Of a DNA stretch of 21,604 nt, positions 9,915-21,280 are shown one piece after another (position 1 is the stretch's first letter; each line of letters opens with the position of its first letter). The stretch is from Octopus sinensis (Eukaryota), in the NCBI RefSeq assembly GCF_006345805.1, contig NW_021836952.1, positions 1 to 21,604 on the forward strand, read 5' to 3'. Under the pieces are notes generated by a model. It worked only from the letters and a program-made list of their open reading frames with translations, was not told the DNA's origin and made no database searches. Both the position numbers and the translations under genes were made by a program.

Positions 9915-10939
9915 TATATGCACGTATAGTATATACAAATACGTTCAGGCATGTGTATACACATATAAATATATATATACACACTTACACACACACACAA
10001 ATACACATGCATATTTTGACACCCACATATCCATACATATTCGCGTTGTCACGCACACACACACACACAGGTATACACACAACACACAGACACGCATACA
10101 CACATACATATATATATGTCTGTGTATGTGTATGTATGTGTGTGTTCTTTTGGTTACAATTAATGGCAGTGATATATATGCAATGATCACAAACATACAA
10201 TGATTTAGATGAAGGATCACAATTCCTCAAAATTTAATTAAAATATTCAAAAAGATCAGGTAAAAAGAATTAGGAAACGAATGGTACCTACTTTAGGTTA
10301 TAAAACACCATCTCAGGTTCTGTATAGATACATATTCATGTGTGTGTATATATATACATATATATATGTATATATATATATATGTATGTATATATATGGA
10401 TGGATGACTATATATATATATGTATGTATGCTTATACTTGTTTATATATTTATGCGTATGTGTGTGTATAGATATATTTTCCACTGCTTATATATATATA
10501 TATATATATAAATATATTCTGTTTGTATGTATATATTATGTGTGAGTATATGTCTGTATGTATATAAGTATATATATGTATGTATTTATATGTATATATA
10601 TGTGTGTGTGTGTGTGTGTCTGTGTCTGTATGTATGTATGTATGTATGTATGTATGTATGTATGTATGTGATGTGATGTATGTATGTATGTATGTATGTA
10701 TGTATGTGATGTGATGTTATGTAATGTGATGTGCGTGTAATGTATCTATACGTGTGTGTGTCGTTTCGAACCGAAGAGTCCAGGGAAATTCTTTCACATT
10801 ATAAGTTTATCTAACAGTCACATCGTCAATGATTCAACCGAGCGATATATATATACATGTATATAATATATACAACTGGATATAATCATACGCCAAAATA
10901 AGATGTTCCACACGAACAGAATCACTGTATAGATTTCAA

Positions 10940-11181
10940 CTCATACTTTCTCAATCTCTCTCTCTCTCTCTTCCTTTTTATCTCTTTCTTTCTGTGTCCC
11001 CTTTATTGCTTATACACTCTCTCCCTCTCTCTCTACCTTACGTTCTCTTTCTTTTCTTTTCTCTCTGTCTCTCCGTCTCTCCCTCTCTCTTTAGCTCTAT
11101 GTATTCAAATTTTACTGTTTCGTTGTTGCTTTATTTCTCTTTCTCCGCCTCTTTCTATCTCTATCTGTTTTTCTGCCTATC

Positions 11182-11233
<52 letters not shown>

Positions 11234-11345
11234 CCTCACTCCTTTTTTCTCAGCCTTACTGTTTCATACTTTCGTTCCCTTTATCCCCTCCTCTCACTCT
11301 CTCTCTCCTCTCTCTCTCTCTCTCAACTCCCTCTCCCTCACCTCT
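10940..11345 (+). repeat. Polypyrimidine (CT)-rich low-complexity tract
   Basis: Directly visible. Confidence 0.9.
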
Positions 11346-11489
11346 CTGATTTTGCTTTACATGCCATCGCTCATGGCTTTCTATCTGAAGTTATTCTATC
11401 ACTGATTTGGAGGGTGCTTGTGTATGTGTGTATGTATGTGTGTGTGTGTGCGTGTGTGTGTGCGTGGTATCTTTGTGCGTGATAGTTAT

Positions 11490-11835
11490 GATAGCGTTGT
11501 TGTTGGTGGTGGAGATGGTGGTGGTGGTGGTCGTCGTCGTGGTCGTCATCGTCATGAAGCTGGTGTGAAGATGATGAAGTGATGTGATTTCATTGTAGTT
11601 GTAGCCATTATCGGCGGCGGCAGCGGTAATAATTGGGATGGTTTGGATGGTGGTGGTGGTGGTGGCGGTGGAGGTACTGGTACTGGTGCTGGTGCTGGTG
11701 TCGGTGGAGGTGGTGATGGTGGTGGTTTTGATGGAGGTGCTGATGATGGTGGAGGTGGTAGTGGTGGTAGTGGCGGTGGTGTTATTGTTGTTGGTCGTGC
11801 TGGTGCTGGTGACAGTGGAAGTGGTGGTGTTGTTG

Positions 11836-11867
<32 letters not shown>

Positions 11868-12119
11868 GGTGGGGCTGTCGCTGTCAGTGGCTTTGATGGT
11901 GATGCTGCTAATGCATGTGATGATGGTGGTGTGGGTGTTACTGACAGAAGCGGCGGCGGCGGTGGTGGCGACGGTGTTGGTGGTGGTGGTGGTCGAAGTC
12001 TTGATTGAGATTTTGTAGTAAAGCCATAGTGTGGTGTTCGGTGGTGATGTTTCTTGCTGATGGTGGTTAAGAAATAGTTATACCCATGGTTTCCCTCTCA
12101 ACTATGGCTAATAAAAGAA

Positions 12120-12190
<71 letters not shown>

Positions 12191-12193
12191 CAA

Positions 12194-12226
<33 letters not shown>

Positions 12227-12260
12227 TAGTAGTAGTTGTTGTAGTAGCAACAGCAGCAGC

Positions 12261-12296
<36 letters not shown>

Positions 12297-13370
12297 GGTG
12301 ATGGTGGTGGTGATGGTGGTGGTGGTAGTTGTGGTGGCAGTAGTAGTAGCAGTAGTAGTAGTGGTGGTGGTGGTGGTGATGGTGGTGGTAGTGGTGGTGG
12401 TGGTGGTAGTAGTAGTAGTAATAGTAGTGGCGGTGGTGGTGATGGTAGTGGTGGTGGAAGTAGTAGTAGTAGTGGTGGTGGTGGTGGTGGTGGTAGTAGT
12501 AGTTGTTGTTGTTGCTGATGCTGTTGACCTCGAGTTTGTTATTGTTGATGTTGCTTAGCTTCCGGCTAACACTCAGCGAACAGATTATTCTCCGTTAAAG
12601 ACATTCCAAATGTGATCATCCATTCTAATAATGTATTATATATCAGAGAGAATTAATTGCCTAATAATGTCCCATCTGTCTTACCTTGTCTTTCAAGTAG
12701 TTGGATGCGAGTTGAGGGATACATGGCTGTTATTTTTAGCTGCTGAATTTACCATGAAGTGGCTTCTTGTTTGGATCGTGTCGGTTACTAAACGTGAATG
12801 TCGTAAAAATGGTGGCGGGAATGAAAGTGGTGGTGGAGTGTGTGTTGGGGTGTGGTGGGGGGTTGCGGTGAGGTGAGGCTGGGTGTGAGTGGTTGGTGGT
12901 ACAGTGGTGGTGGTAATGGTGGTGGTGGCAGTGGTGATAGTAGTGGCGTTGGCGATAGTGGTGGTGGTGGTGACAGTACTGGTAGTAGTAGTAGTAGTAG
13001 TGATGATGATAATAGTGGTAGTGGTAGTCGTGCTGGTGGTGGTGGCTGTGTTGGTGGTTGCGGTGATGGTGGCGGCACTGGCAGTGATTCTGGGGGCTTG
13101 TGATGATAGTCACTAGGAGAGGCTGTGACGGCGGAGGCCGTGGTGGGGGTGGCAGCGGGGAGGGTGGAAGATGGGTGTAATTTTCTGTGTAATGTTTGCC
13201 GTGGTTGTGGTGGTGGTGGTGGTAATGGCGGTGGCGGTGTTACTGGTGATGATGATAGCTGAGATGGTTCTGGTAGTAGTGGTAGTAGTGGAGGAGTGGT
13301 ATGGTGGGACGAATAAATGGTGTAGTGGTGGCGGTGGGGATGTTATTGTCATGATAGTTGTTGAAATATG
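11490..13370 (+). repeat. G-rich cryptic trinucleotide block (GGT/GTA/GTT/GCA/ATT) with a small unique island at about 12555-12790
   Basis: Directly visible; it generates the poly-V, poly-G, poly-P and poly-H ORFs. Confidence 0.9.
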
Positions 13371-13379
13371 GTAATATCG

Positions 13380-13593
13380 ATTTCAAATTTTGACACAAGG
13401 CCAGCAATTTCAGGGAAGGAAGTAAGCCGATTACATCGGCCTCGGTGTTCAACTGGTACTTATTTCATCGATCTCCGAAAGGATGAAAGGCAAAGCCGGC
13501 CCCGGCGGAATTTGAACTCGGATCGTGAAGACTGACGAAATGCCGCTAAGCATTTCGCTCGACGTGCTAAAGTTTCTGCCAGTTCGGCGCCTT
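13380..13593 (-). mobile_element. Family A tRNA-derived SINE, full monomer, short-tail type
   Basis: The minus strand reads AAGGCGCCGAACTGGCAGAAACTTTAGCACG...GAGTTCAAATTCCGCCG...GCCTTTCATCCTTTCGGAGATCGATG...AAGTACCAG...GGCCTTGTGTCAAAATTTGAAA. Confidence 0.9.
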
Positions 13594-13612
13594 TTAATTT
13601 TCACTAATATTA

Positions 13613-13756
13613 ATTTCAAATTTTGGCACATGGCCAGTAGTTTCATGGGAGGTGGGAAAATCCATTACATCGACCCCAGTGCTTAACTGGTACTTATTTT
13701 ATCGATCTCCGAGAGGATGGGAAGGCCAAGTCGGCCTCGGCGGAATTTGAACTTAG
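13613..13756 (-). mobile_element. Family A SINE, 5'-truncated at the B box
   Basis: Same tail and body as 13380-13593; it stops at ...cggaatttgaacttag. Confidence 0.85.
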
Positions 13757-13767
13757 CATACTTTAAG

Positions 13768-14383
13768 GCGACGAGCTGGCAGAAACGTTAGCACACCGGG
13801 CGAAATGCTCAGCGGTATTTCGTCTGCCGTTACGTTCTGAGTTCAAATTCCGCCGAGGTTGACTTTGCATTTCATCCTTTCGGGGTCGAAAAATTAAGTA
13901 CCAGTTACGCACTGGGGTCGATGTAATCGACTTAATCCCTTTGCCTGTCCTTGTTTGTCCCCTCTGTGTTTAACCCCCTTGTAGGTAGTAAACAAATAGG
14001 TATTTCGTCTGCGTTAAGTTCTGAGTTCAAATTCTGCCGAGGTCGACTTTGCCTTTCATCCTTTCAGAGTCGAAAAATTAAGTACCAGTTACGCATTGGG
14101 GTTGATGTAATCGACTTAACCCCTTTGTCTGTCCTTGTTTGTCCCCTCTATGTTTACCCTCTTGTGGGCAATAAAGAAATAAGAAACGTTAACACGCCGT
14201 GCAAAATGCTTATCGGTATTTCGTCTGTCTTTATGTTCTGAGTTCAAATTCCGCCGAGGTGACTTTGACTTTCATCCTTTCGAGGTCGATAAATTAAGTA
14301 CCAGTTGCGTACAGGGGGTCGATCGAATCGACTGGCTTCCTTCCCCGAAATTTGGCGCCTTGAGCCTAGCGTAGAAAATAATA
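13768..14383 (+). mobile_element. Family A SINE trimer flanked by a 15-bp direct repeat
   Basis: Head gcgacgagctggcagaaacgttagc; units restart at 13814, 13999 and 14183. ttagcatactttaag occurs at 13753-13767 and 14384-14398. Confidence 0.9.
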
Positions 14384-14398
14384 TTAGCATACTTTAAG

Positions 14399-14565
14399 AC
14401 GCCGAGATGGAAGAATCGCCGATAAAAAAAATGCTTAGCGGAACTTCGTCTGTCTTTTACATTCTGAGGTCGAATTCTGCTGGAAGGTTGATAGAATAAG
14501 TATAAGTATCGATTTACCTCCACACCTTACCCGAAATTACTGGCCTTGTGCCAAAATTTGAAACC
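14399..14565 (+). mobile_element. Old, internally deleted family A SINE
   Basis: acgccgagatggaagaatcg...atgcttagcggaacttcgtctgtc...ggccttgtgccaaaatttgaaa. Confidence 0.7.
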
Positions 14566-14756
14566 AGCTTTAGTCAAAGTTGCAGTGCAAAGAGATGACA
14601 GTACAGGTATCGGCTCACACTAGTATTGTGGGTAGAAATGGCGGTGATGTTGATGGTGATGATGGTAGTATTGGTGGTAGTGCTAATGTCGAGGCTAGAA
14701 ATGATGACGATGATGGTGGTGGTCGTCGTGGTGGTGGTAGTAACGGTATTATTACT

Positions 14757-14970
14757 GAGCTAGCAGAATTGTTAGCACTCCGGACAAAATGTTCGTCCCT
14801 CTTTACGTTCTGAGTTCAAATTCCGCCAATGTCGACTTTACCATTCATCCTTTCGGGGTCGATAAATGAAGTACCAGTAAAGCATTGGGATTAATGTAAT
14901 CGACTAGTCCCCTTCCCTCAAATTTCAGGACTTGTGCCTATGATAGAAAGGATTATTATTATTATTATTA
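14757..14970 (+). mobile_element. Family A SINE monomer with (ATT)n tail
   Basis: gagctagcagaattgttagcac...ctgagttcaaattccgcc...aaatttcaggacttgtgcctatgatagaaaggattattatt. Confidence 0.85.
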
Positions 14971-15000
14971 CTGTTGTTGTTGTTGTTGTTGTTGTTATAA

Positions 15001-15415
15001 AGGCGGCGAGCTGGCAGAAACGTTAGCACGCCGGGCGAAATGCGTGGCCGTATTTCGTCTGCCGTTACGTTCTGAGTTCAAATTCCGACGAGGTCGACTT
15101 TGCCTTTCATCCTTTCGGGATCGATAAATCAAGTACCAGTTACGCACTGGGGTCGATCTAATCGACTTAATCCGTTTGTCCTTCCTTGTTCGTCCTCTCT
15201 GTGTTTAGCCCCCTTGTGGGTAGTAGTAGTAAAGAAATAGGTATTTCGTCTGCCGCTACGTTCTGTGTTCAAATTCCGCCGAGGTCAATTTTGCTTTTTA
15301 TCCTTTCGGGGTTGATAAATTAAGTACCAGTAAAATACTGGGGGATCGATGTAATCAACTAGTCCCCGCCCCATCAAATTTCAGGCTTTGTGTATATAGT
15401 AGTACAGATTATTAT
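15001..15415 (+). mobile_element. Family A SINE dimer (long-tail unit plus short-tail unit)
   Basis: Intact head aggcggcgagctggcagaaacgttagcacgccgggcgaaatg; the second unit starts at 15240 via the aaagaaatag|gtatttcg junction. Confidence 0.9.
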
Positions 15416-15419
15416 GAGT

Positions 15420-16443
15420 GGTTGTAGTAGTAGTAGTAATAGTAGTAGTAGTTATGGTTGTCGATGGTAGTGATAATAAGGATGATGGTTTCGGTGTTGT
15501 GTTGTGAGGAGGTTAATGTTGTAGTGGTGGGAGTGGTGGTATAAGTGACAGTGCTGATGGTGGTAATGATGGGGGTGGGGTGCTGGTGCTGGTGGGGGTG
15601 CGGGTAGTGATAGTGGTGGAGGTGGTAATGTCGGTTGTGGTACCGGTGGGAGTAGTGGTATAGGTGACAGTACTGATGGTGGTGGTAGTGGTGGTGGCGG
15701 TGCTAGTGGTATGCAAGTGGGTCATACAAATGATGTTGATAATGGTGGATTTAGTGGCAGTAGTAATGAAAATAGTAGAGGTGGTAGTGGTGGGGTTGTT
15801 AGTGTTAGTGGTACGGGTATGTTTTAGTGGCCTTGTGGTATGAAGTAGTGTAGATACGACAGGAGTGGTAGTGTGAGAATGTGTATGAGATGGTTCTGGG
15901 GGTGTGGTAGTGGTGATAGTGGTAGTGGTTGTCCTTGTTATGATAGTGGTGTTTATATAATAGTAGTGTTAGTGGTGATGGTGTGAGGTGAGCATATGTG
16001 ATGGTGGTGGTGGTGTTGTGGTAGTGGCGATATTGGTGGTGGTGGTGGTGATAGTAGTGGTGGTTGTGGTGGTGGCGATATTGGTGGTGGTGGTGGTGGT
16101 GGTGATGATAGTGGTGGCGATATTGGTGGTGGTGATAGTGGTGGTTGTAGTGGTGGCGATATTGATGGTGGTGGCGATATTGGTGGTGGTGGCGATATTG
16201 GTGGTGGTGTGGTGGTGGTGGTGGTGATAGTGGTGGCGATATTGGTGGTGGTGATAGTGGTGGCGATATTGGTGGTGGTGATAGTGGTGGTGGTGGTTGT
16301 GGTAGCGGTGTTGGTGGTGCTAATGTTAGTTGTAAGTGTATGGTAATTATGTTGTTGCGATTATTGTCAGGTCGTAGCAACGACAGTGGGAGTGGTAGCA
16401 AAGATACTAACAGTGGTGGTTGTAGTACTGGTTGTGTCAGTTA

Positions 16444-16476
<33 letters not shown>

Positions 16477-16551
16477 CGGTGGTTGTATTGGTATGTAGTA
16501 GTACCGCTCTCCTGACAGTGGTCACGGAAGTAGTAGTAATAGCAGCAGCAA

Positions 16552-16587
<36 letters not shown>

Positions 16588-16810
16588 TAGTGGTAGTAGT
16601 AGTAGGTGGTGGTGATGGTTGTATTGGTATGTGGTAGTACGCCATTCCTGATGGGGGGGGGGTGGAACATGAAAGTAGCAGTGGTAGTAGTAGCAGCAGT
16701 AGTAGCAGTAGTAGTAGTAGTAGAGTAGCAGCAGCCCTGGCCCCGGTGGTGTTGATGGTAGTGGTTGGTATGTGGCGGCGGCGGCGAGTTAAAAACACCA
16801 GCCGCAGTGG
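15420..16810 (+). repeat. G-rich trinucleotide block containing a GGCGATATTG-based minisatellite (about 16020-16290)
   Basis: Eight GGCGATATTG motifs separated by variable GGT/AGT runs. Confidence 0.9.
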
Positions 16811-16829
16811 TGATAAATGGGTTTTGGCC

Positions 16830-17577
16830 TTTACGTTTCGTCCTCCTCTCTCTCCTACCACTCCCTTTTCTTCCCTCCTCCCCTTTTCTTCTTCCTCCTT
16901 CCCTTCCCCACTTCCTCCTTCCTCATTCTTTATACTCCGGTTATATTTCAACCTCCTCTCCTCCCACCGACACCCCTTCCTCCTCTCTCTCCAGTAATGT
17001 ACTACGCATGTATGTATGTATGTATGTCTATCGATATTTCCCTCTCTAGCACTTCATAATCAGTCTCTTTCACTCTCACTCGCCTCCTCTCTCTCTGTAT
17101 TAGATGCACTCATGCTTTCCCCCCATCCTTCTCTTACACATACATGTATCCCTCTCTAATACTTTAATCCCTTTTTATTTTCTTTCTCTTCTCTAGTCAC
17201 TCTCTTACTTCCTCCTTCGCTCTCTCTGCTACCGCAACTCTCTTAACTCTTTCTCGTTCTCTTTTCCCTCTCCCTACATAAACGTATCCTCCTCCTACAC
17301 TTTACATTTAATCTCCCTCTCTAACGATTTTTTCTCTCTCTCTGTCTCTCTCTCTTTCTCTGCTACTACCACTCTCAACAGCGGTCACCAAAATGATACC
17401 CTTTACTCTTCTTCCCTAAACTCCTCTCTCTCTCTATTTTCTATTTTATTCTCTCTCTCTCTCATTCTCTCTCTCTCTCCCTCTGCATGCATACAACTAT
17501 CCCTCTGCTACGCATCACATTCAATCTCCCCTCTCTCGCTACTTACATATATCCCTCTCTTACACTTCTCATTCAAC

Positions 17578-17616
<39 letters not shown>

Positions 17617-17844
17617 TATATATAATATATTAGATATGTTATATATATGTATATACATATATATATTTTATATATATATATATATATATTATATATATGT
17701 ATGTATATATTATATATGTATGTATATATTATATATTATATACATACAGATATATATTACATATATATACCGCAACCATGACTATCAAAGCCATAAAGCA
17801 CTCACTGTACTACGCCCTTCCCTCTCTTTCCCTCTCCCTCCCCT

Positions 17845-17882
<38 letters not shown>

Positions 17883-17885
17883 CTT
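16830..17885 (+). repeat. Polypyrimidine low-complexity tract with (TA)n and (CT)n runs
   Basis: Directly visible. Confidence 0.85.
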
Positions 17886-17909
17886 CTCTACGAGGCAATC
17901 GTAGCTCGA

Positions 17910-18045
17910 TCTGCAAGGAATAGCAACCAAATTTCCCTCGCATTACATCTCCAGTGTCTTAAAAAAAAATATGAATAAGCTATGCTTTCGTTTCCTTGCA
18001 TAAAGACAACGATGGGATGGTCACGGCTAGAAGGCATGGACGGTG
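17910..18045 (+). mobile_element. Family C repeat fragment
   Basis: ggaatagcaaccaaatttccctc...gtcttaaaaaaaa...gggatggtcacggctagaa; similar to 775-890. Confidence 0.4.
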
Positions 18046-18394
18046 AGGAACTATACACAACAACACACCATCTCGCACTCTCTCGCTCTCTACTTTTTTT
18101 ACCTCTCTCTATCTCTCTCCGCCACCAACAAGACGACGATGACCACCACCACCACCACCATCAGCAGCAGCATTACTCATATTACAATACATTTTCCCTT
18201 TTCTCTCTCTCTTTCTCACTCTCTGCTTATGTCTTTCCCTTTCCATTCTCCTCCCACTCTCTCTAATTCTCTGATTCCTCCCCTTCTGCCGTAGCAATGC
18301 CTGCTGCTTTACTGATTGGTTGTTTTTAGCGAAGGAAGGGAACACTTAGTAAAAACGATTGTAAATCCAACTGGATATCTTTACAAGGGTTTTC

Positions 18395-18485
18395 GGCTTG
18401 CTAGAAGCAGCAGCTAAATCGGACTCAAATATTGCCTACAACCGTAAAAAGTTAAGGTCGCATGGGATAACGTCATTGAAATAAC
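18395..18485 (+). mobile_element. Family C repeat fragment
   Basis: gctagaagcagcagctaaatc...ctcaaat...aaaaagttaaggtcgcatgggataacg. Confidence 0.35.
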
Positions 18486-18497
18486 AGGTATAAACTG

Positions 18498-19281
18498 CGA
18501 GCTGGCAGAAACGTTAGCGCGCTGGGCGAAATGCTTCGCGGTATTTCGTCTGCCGCTACGTTCTGAGTTCAAATTCCGCCGAGGTCGACTTTGCCTTTCA
18601 TCCTTTTCGGGGTCGATAAATTAAGGACCAGTTACGAACTGGGGTCGATGTAATCGACTTAATCCGTTTGTCTGTCCTTGTTTGTCCCCTCTGTGTTTAG
18701 CCCCTTGTGGGTAGTAAAGAAATAGGTATTTCGTCTGCCGCTACGTTCTGAGTTCAAATTCCTCCGAGGTCGACTTTGCCTTTCATCCTTTTCGGGGTCG
18801 ATAAATTAAATACCAGTTACGCACTGGGGTCGATATAATCGACTTAATCCGTTTGTCTGTCTTTGTTTGTCCTCTCTGTGTTTAGCCCCTTGTGGGTAGT
18901 AGAAAAAGAAATAGGTATTTCGTCTGCCGCTACGTTCTGAGTTCAAATTCCTCCGAGGTCGACTTGCCTTCATCCTTTTCGGGGTCGATAAATTAAATAC
19001 CAGTTACGCACTGGGGTCGATATAATCGACTTAATCCGTTGTCTGTCTTTGTTGTCCTCTCTGTGTTTAGCCCCTTGGTGGGTAGTAAAGAAATAGGTAT
19101 TTCGTCTGCCGCTACGTTCTGAGTTCAAATTCCTCCGAGGTCGACTTTGCCTTTCATCCTTTTCGGGGTCGATAAATTAAATACCAGTTACGCACTGGGG
19201 TCGATATAATCGACTTAATCCGTTTGTCTGTCTTTGTTTGTCCTCTCTGTGTTTAGCCCCTTGTGGGTAGTAAAGAAATAA
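18498..19281 (+). mobile_element. Young family A SINE tetramer (one head plus four ~185-bp units) with a 10-bp TSD
   Basis: Units begin ggtatttcgtctgccgc at 18540, 18725, 18914 and 19096. gtataaactg occurs at 18488-18497 and 19282-19291. Confidence 0.93.
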
Positions 19282-19566
19282 GTATAAACTGTCTGAGTAA
19301 TATCTGGGTTAGTTATGGATGGATCGTCTTTAATCATAAGTTTGCTCCATCATGGCTAACTGGATGTTATAAGGAGCATAACGGAACGTAAACACAAACA
19401 CACACACATACATATAAACATACAGCCATACACATATTTGTGCAGTGATATATGTGTGTGTCTCTTTGCATATAAGCATGTGTTTGTGTTTATGTGTGCA
19501 TAGGCAAACACACATACGCAAACACACAAGCTAGTACTAACAACCATAGAAAGACATAACACACAC

Positions 19567-19610
<44 letters not shown>

Positions 19611-19859
19611 CATACACACATACTCAGACATAACGCATACATACACATACACGCATCACATACACACACACAAACAAACATATTTTAATCACTCACATGC
19701 ATATCAACACAGACACATAGACACACATACGGAACTATACATATACACGCAGATACACAGCCTGTCGTCTGCTCACAAAAAAATTACTATAGATCCCTTA
19801 TCAGACATGTGACCAAATGAACTGACGTCTTCCATATTTGTTTTCGATCCCTATCCTCC

Positions 19860-20535
19860 GTTCTTCTTGCAACCTTGCTATTTTTCTTCTTTCTTCCATC
19901 CTTCCTTCTTCACTTCTTTTTTCTTTCTCTTTTCTTCTCTTCTTGTTCTTTCTCTGAAGAAATTTCTTGCATTCTTTCTTTCCTCATTACCCCTTTCTTT
20001 CTTCATTACTGCTTTCTTTCTTCTTTCTCTCCTCTTCCCCTTTCTTTCTTTCATTCTTGCCTTCTTTCCTTCTTTCTTTCTATCTCTTATCTTCTTTCTT
20101 ATTCATCTTCTGAAGAAATTTCCTCCATTCTTTCTATCATAATTCATTTATTCCTTCTTTCACTTATCTTCATTCCTTCTTTCTTTCTTTCTTCATTCTT
20201 TGCTTCTTTTTCTACTTTCATTCTCCTTCCTTTCTTCTTATACGTTCTCTTAAGAATTTTCTTGCATTCTTTCAATCCTAATTTTTTCTTTCTTTCTTCC
20301 ATTTTCTTCATTCCTTCTTTCTTCCTTTTTTCTTTCCTTCCTTTCTTCTTGTTCTTTCTCTGAAGAAATTTCTTGCAATCTTTCTTTTTCTTGCTCTTCT
20401 TCTTTTTTCCTTTCCTTCACCTTCTTTCACGTTAGAAAATATCTATTTAATAATTTTGAATTAATTTTCTCCTCTTCTTTTCGACATATATACTTTACCC
20501 TTCCTTCCTTCTTTCTTTGTTTCTTTCTTTCTTGC
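19860..20535 (+). repeat. TTC/TTTC-rich polypyrimidine tract with a recurring ctgaagaaatttcttgca motif
   Basis: The motif recurs at about 19953, 20109, 20247 and 20359. Confidence 0.85.
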
Positions 20536-20603
20536 AGTTATGCACTTTATTTGCACACGGACTCTATATGTTAGTGAAACGAGCATTTATGATCAAACTT
20601 CCT

Positions 20604-20740
20604 ATGCAGAGGTATGACTGTGTGGTTGAAAAGCTCTTTCGAGTTCAGTCTCACTGTGCGGCACCTTAGGCAAGTGTCTTTTAGTATAGCCACAAGCCAA
20701 CCAATGCATCATCAGTAAACTTAGCGGACAGAAATATAAA
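20604..20740 (+). mobile_element. Degenerate family B SINE head
   Basis: gactgtgtggttgaaaagct...gagttcagtctcactgtgcggcaccttaggcaagtgtcttttagtatagcc. Confidence 0.75.
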
Positions 20741-21237
20741 ACACATATAATAATATTTCAGCTATAATCTTTCGGTAAGGCGACGATGAAACAATTGTAG
20801 GATTATGCAATAAAACAAGTTACTAACCCTATTCTCCTTTTTAGAGAAAGCGTGCGCATATGTGAGTGAGCGTGGGTGTATAAATATTTTATGGAGGAGG
20901 AGAACTCGAAGCTGATAAAGCTATAAATAAAGGGTTAAAAAACCCTTTTGGCTGGAAAAGTTGAACGCTTTATTTTACGTTCTCTCGAAAGTTTATAAAT
21001 TCTTATGTCAACGACATGCAATTCCCGCTGGTGGGAAAATTCGAATGATAGCGTTGGCCCAATCCTTTGTCATGTCTACATGAGATGTGAGTTCGCGTCC
21101 AACGGACAGCCATCGACATTTTCTATCCAGAAGTGTTTTTGAGATTAATAGTTACATACCATTACTTATAGATTTATGTGTTTTGGGAATCAATATTCCA
21201 AAAGACGAAAAAAAAAAGAATGCTGACATATGTGTCT

Positions 21238-21280
<43 letters not shown>

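Noticed and set aside
10215-10266. Plus-strand donor CAG|GTAAAA as an exon end
   Set aside because: The candidate upstream exons I translated contain stops, and the acceptor is weak.
15001-15090. tRNA genes at SINE heads (also 7960-8017, 13768-13850, 18498-18580)
   Set aside because: A and B boxes are present but there is no cloverleaf, and they continue into SINE bodies.
18540-19281. CRISPR array or satellite
   Set aside because: The context is eukaryotic, the units are SINE bodies with no unique spacers, and they lie within one TSD.
100-20363. ORF track as protein-coding genes
   Set aside because: Nearly all are translations of microsatellites (YIYI, CVCV, LSLS, poly-V/G/H/P) or SINE pieces; no recognisable domain.
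20991-21092. Plus-strand exon ending at GAT|GTGAGT
   Set aside because: All three frames contain a stop before the donor.
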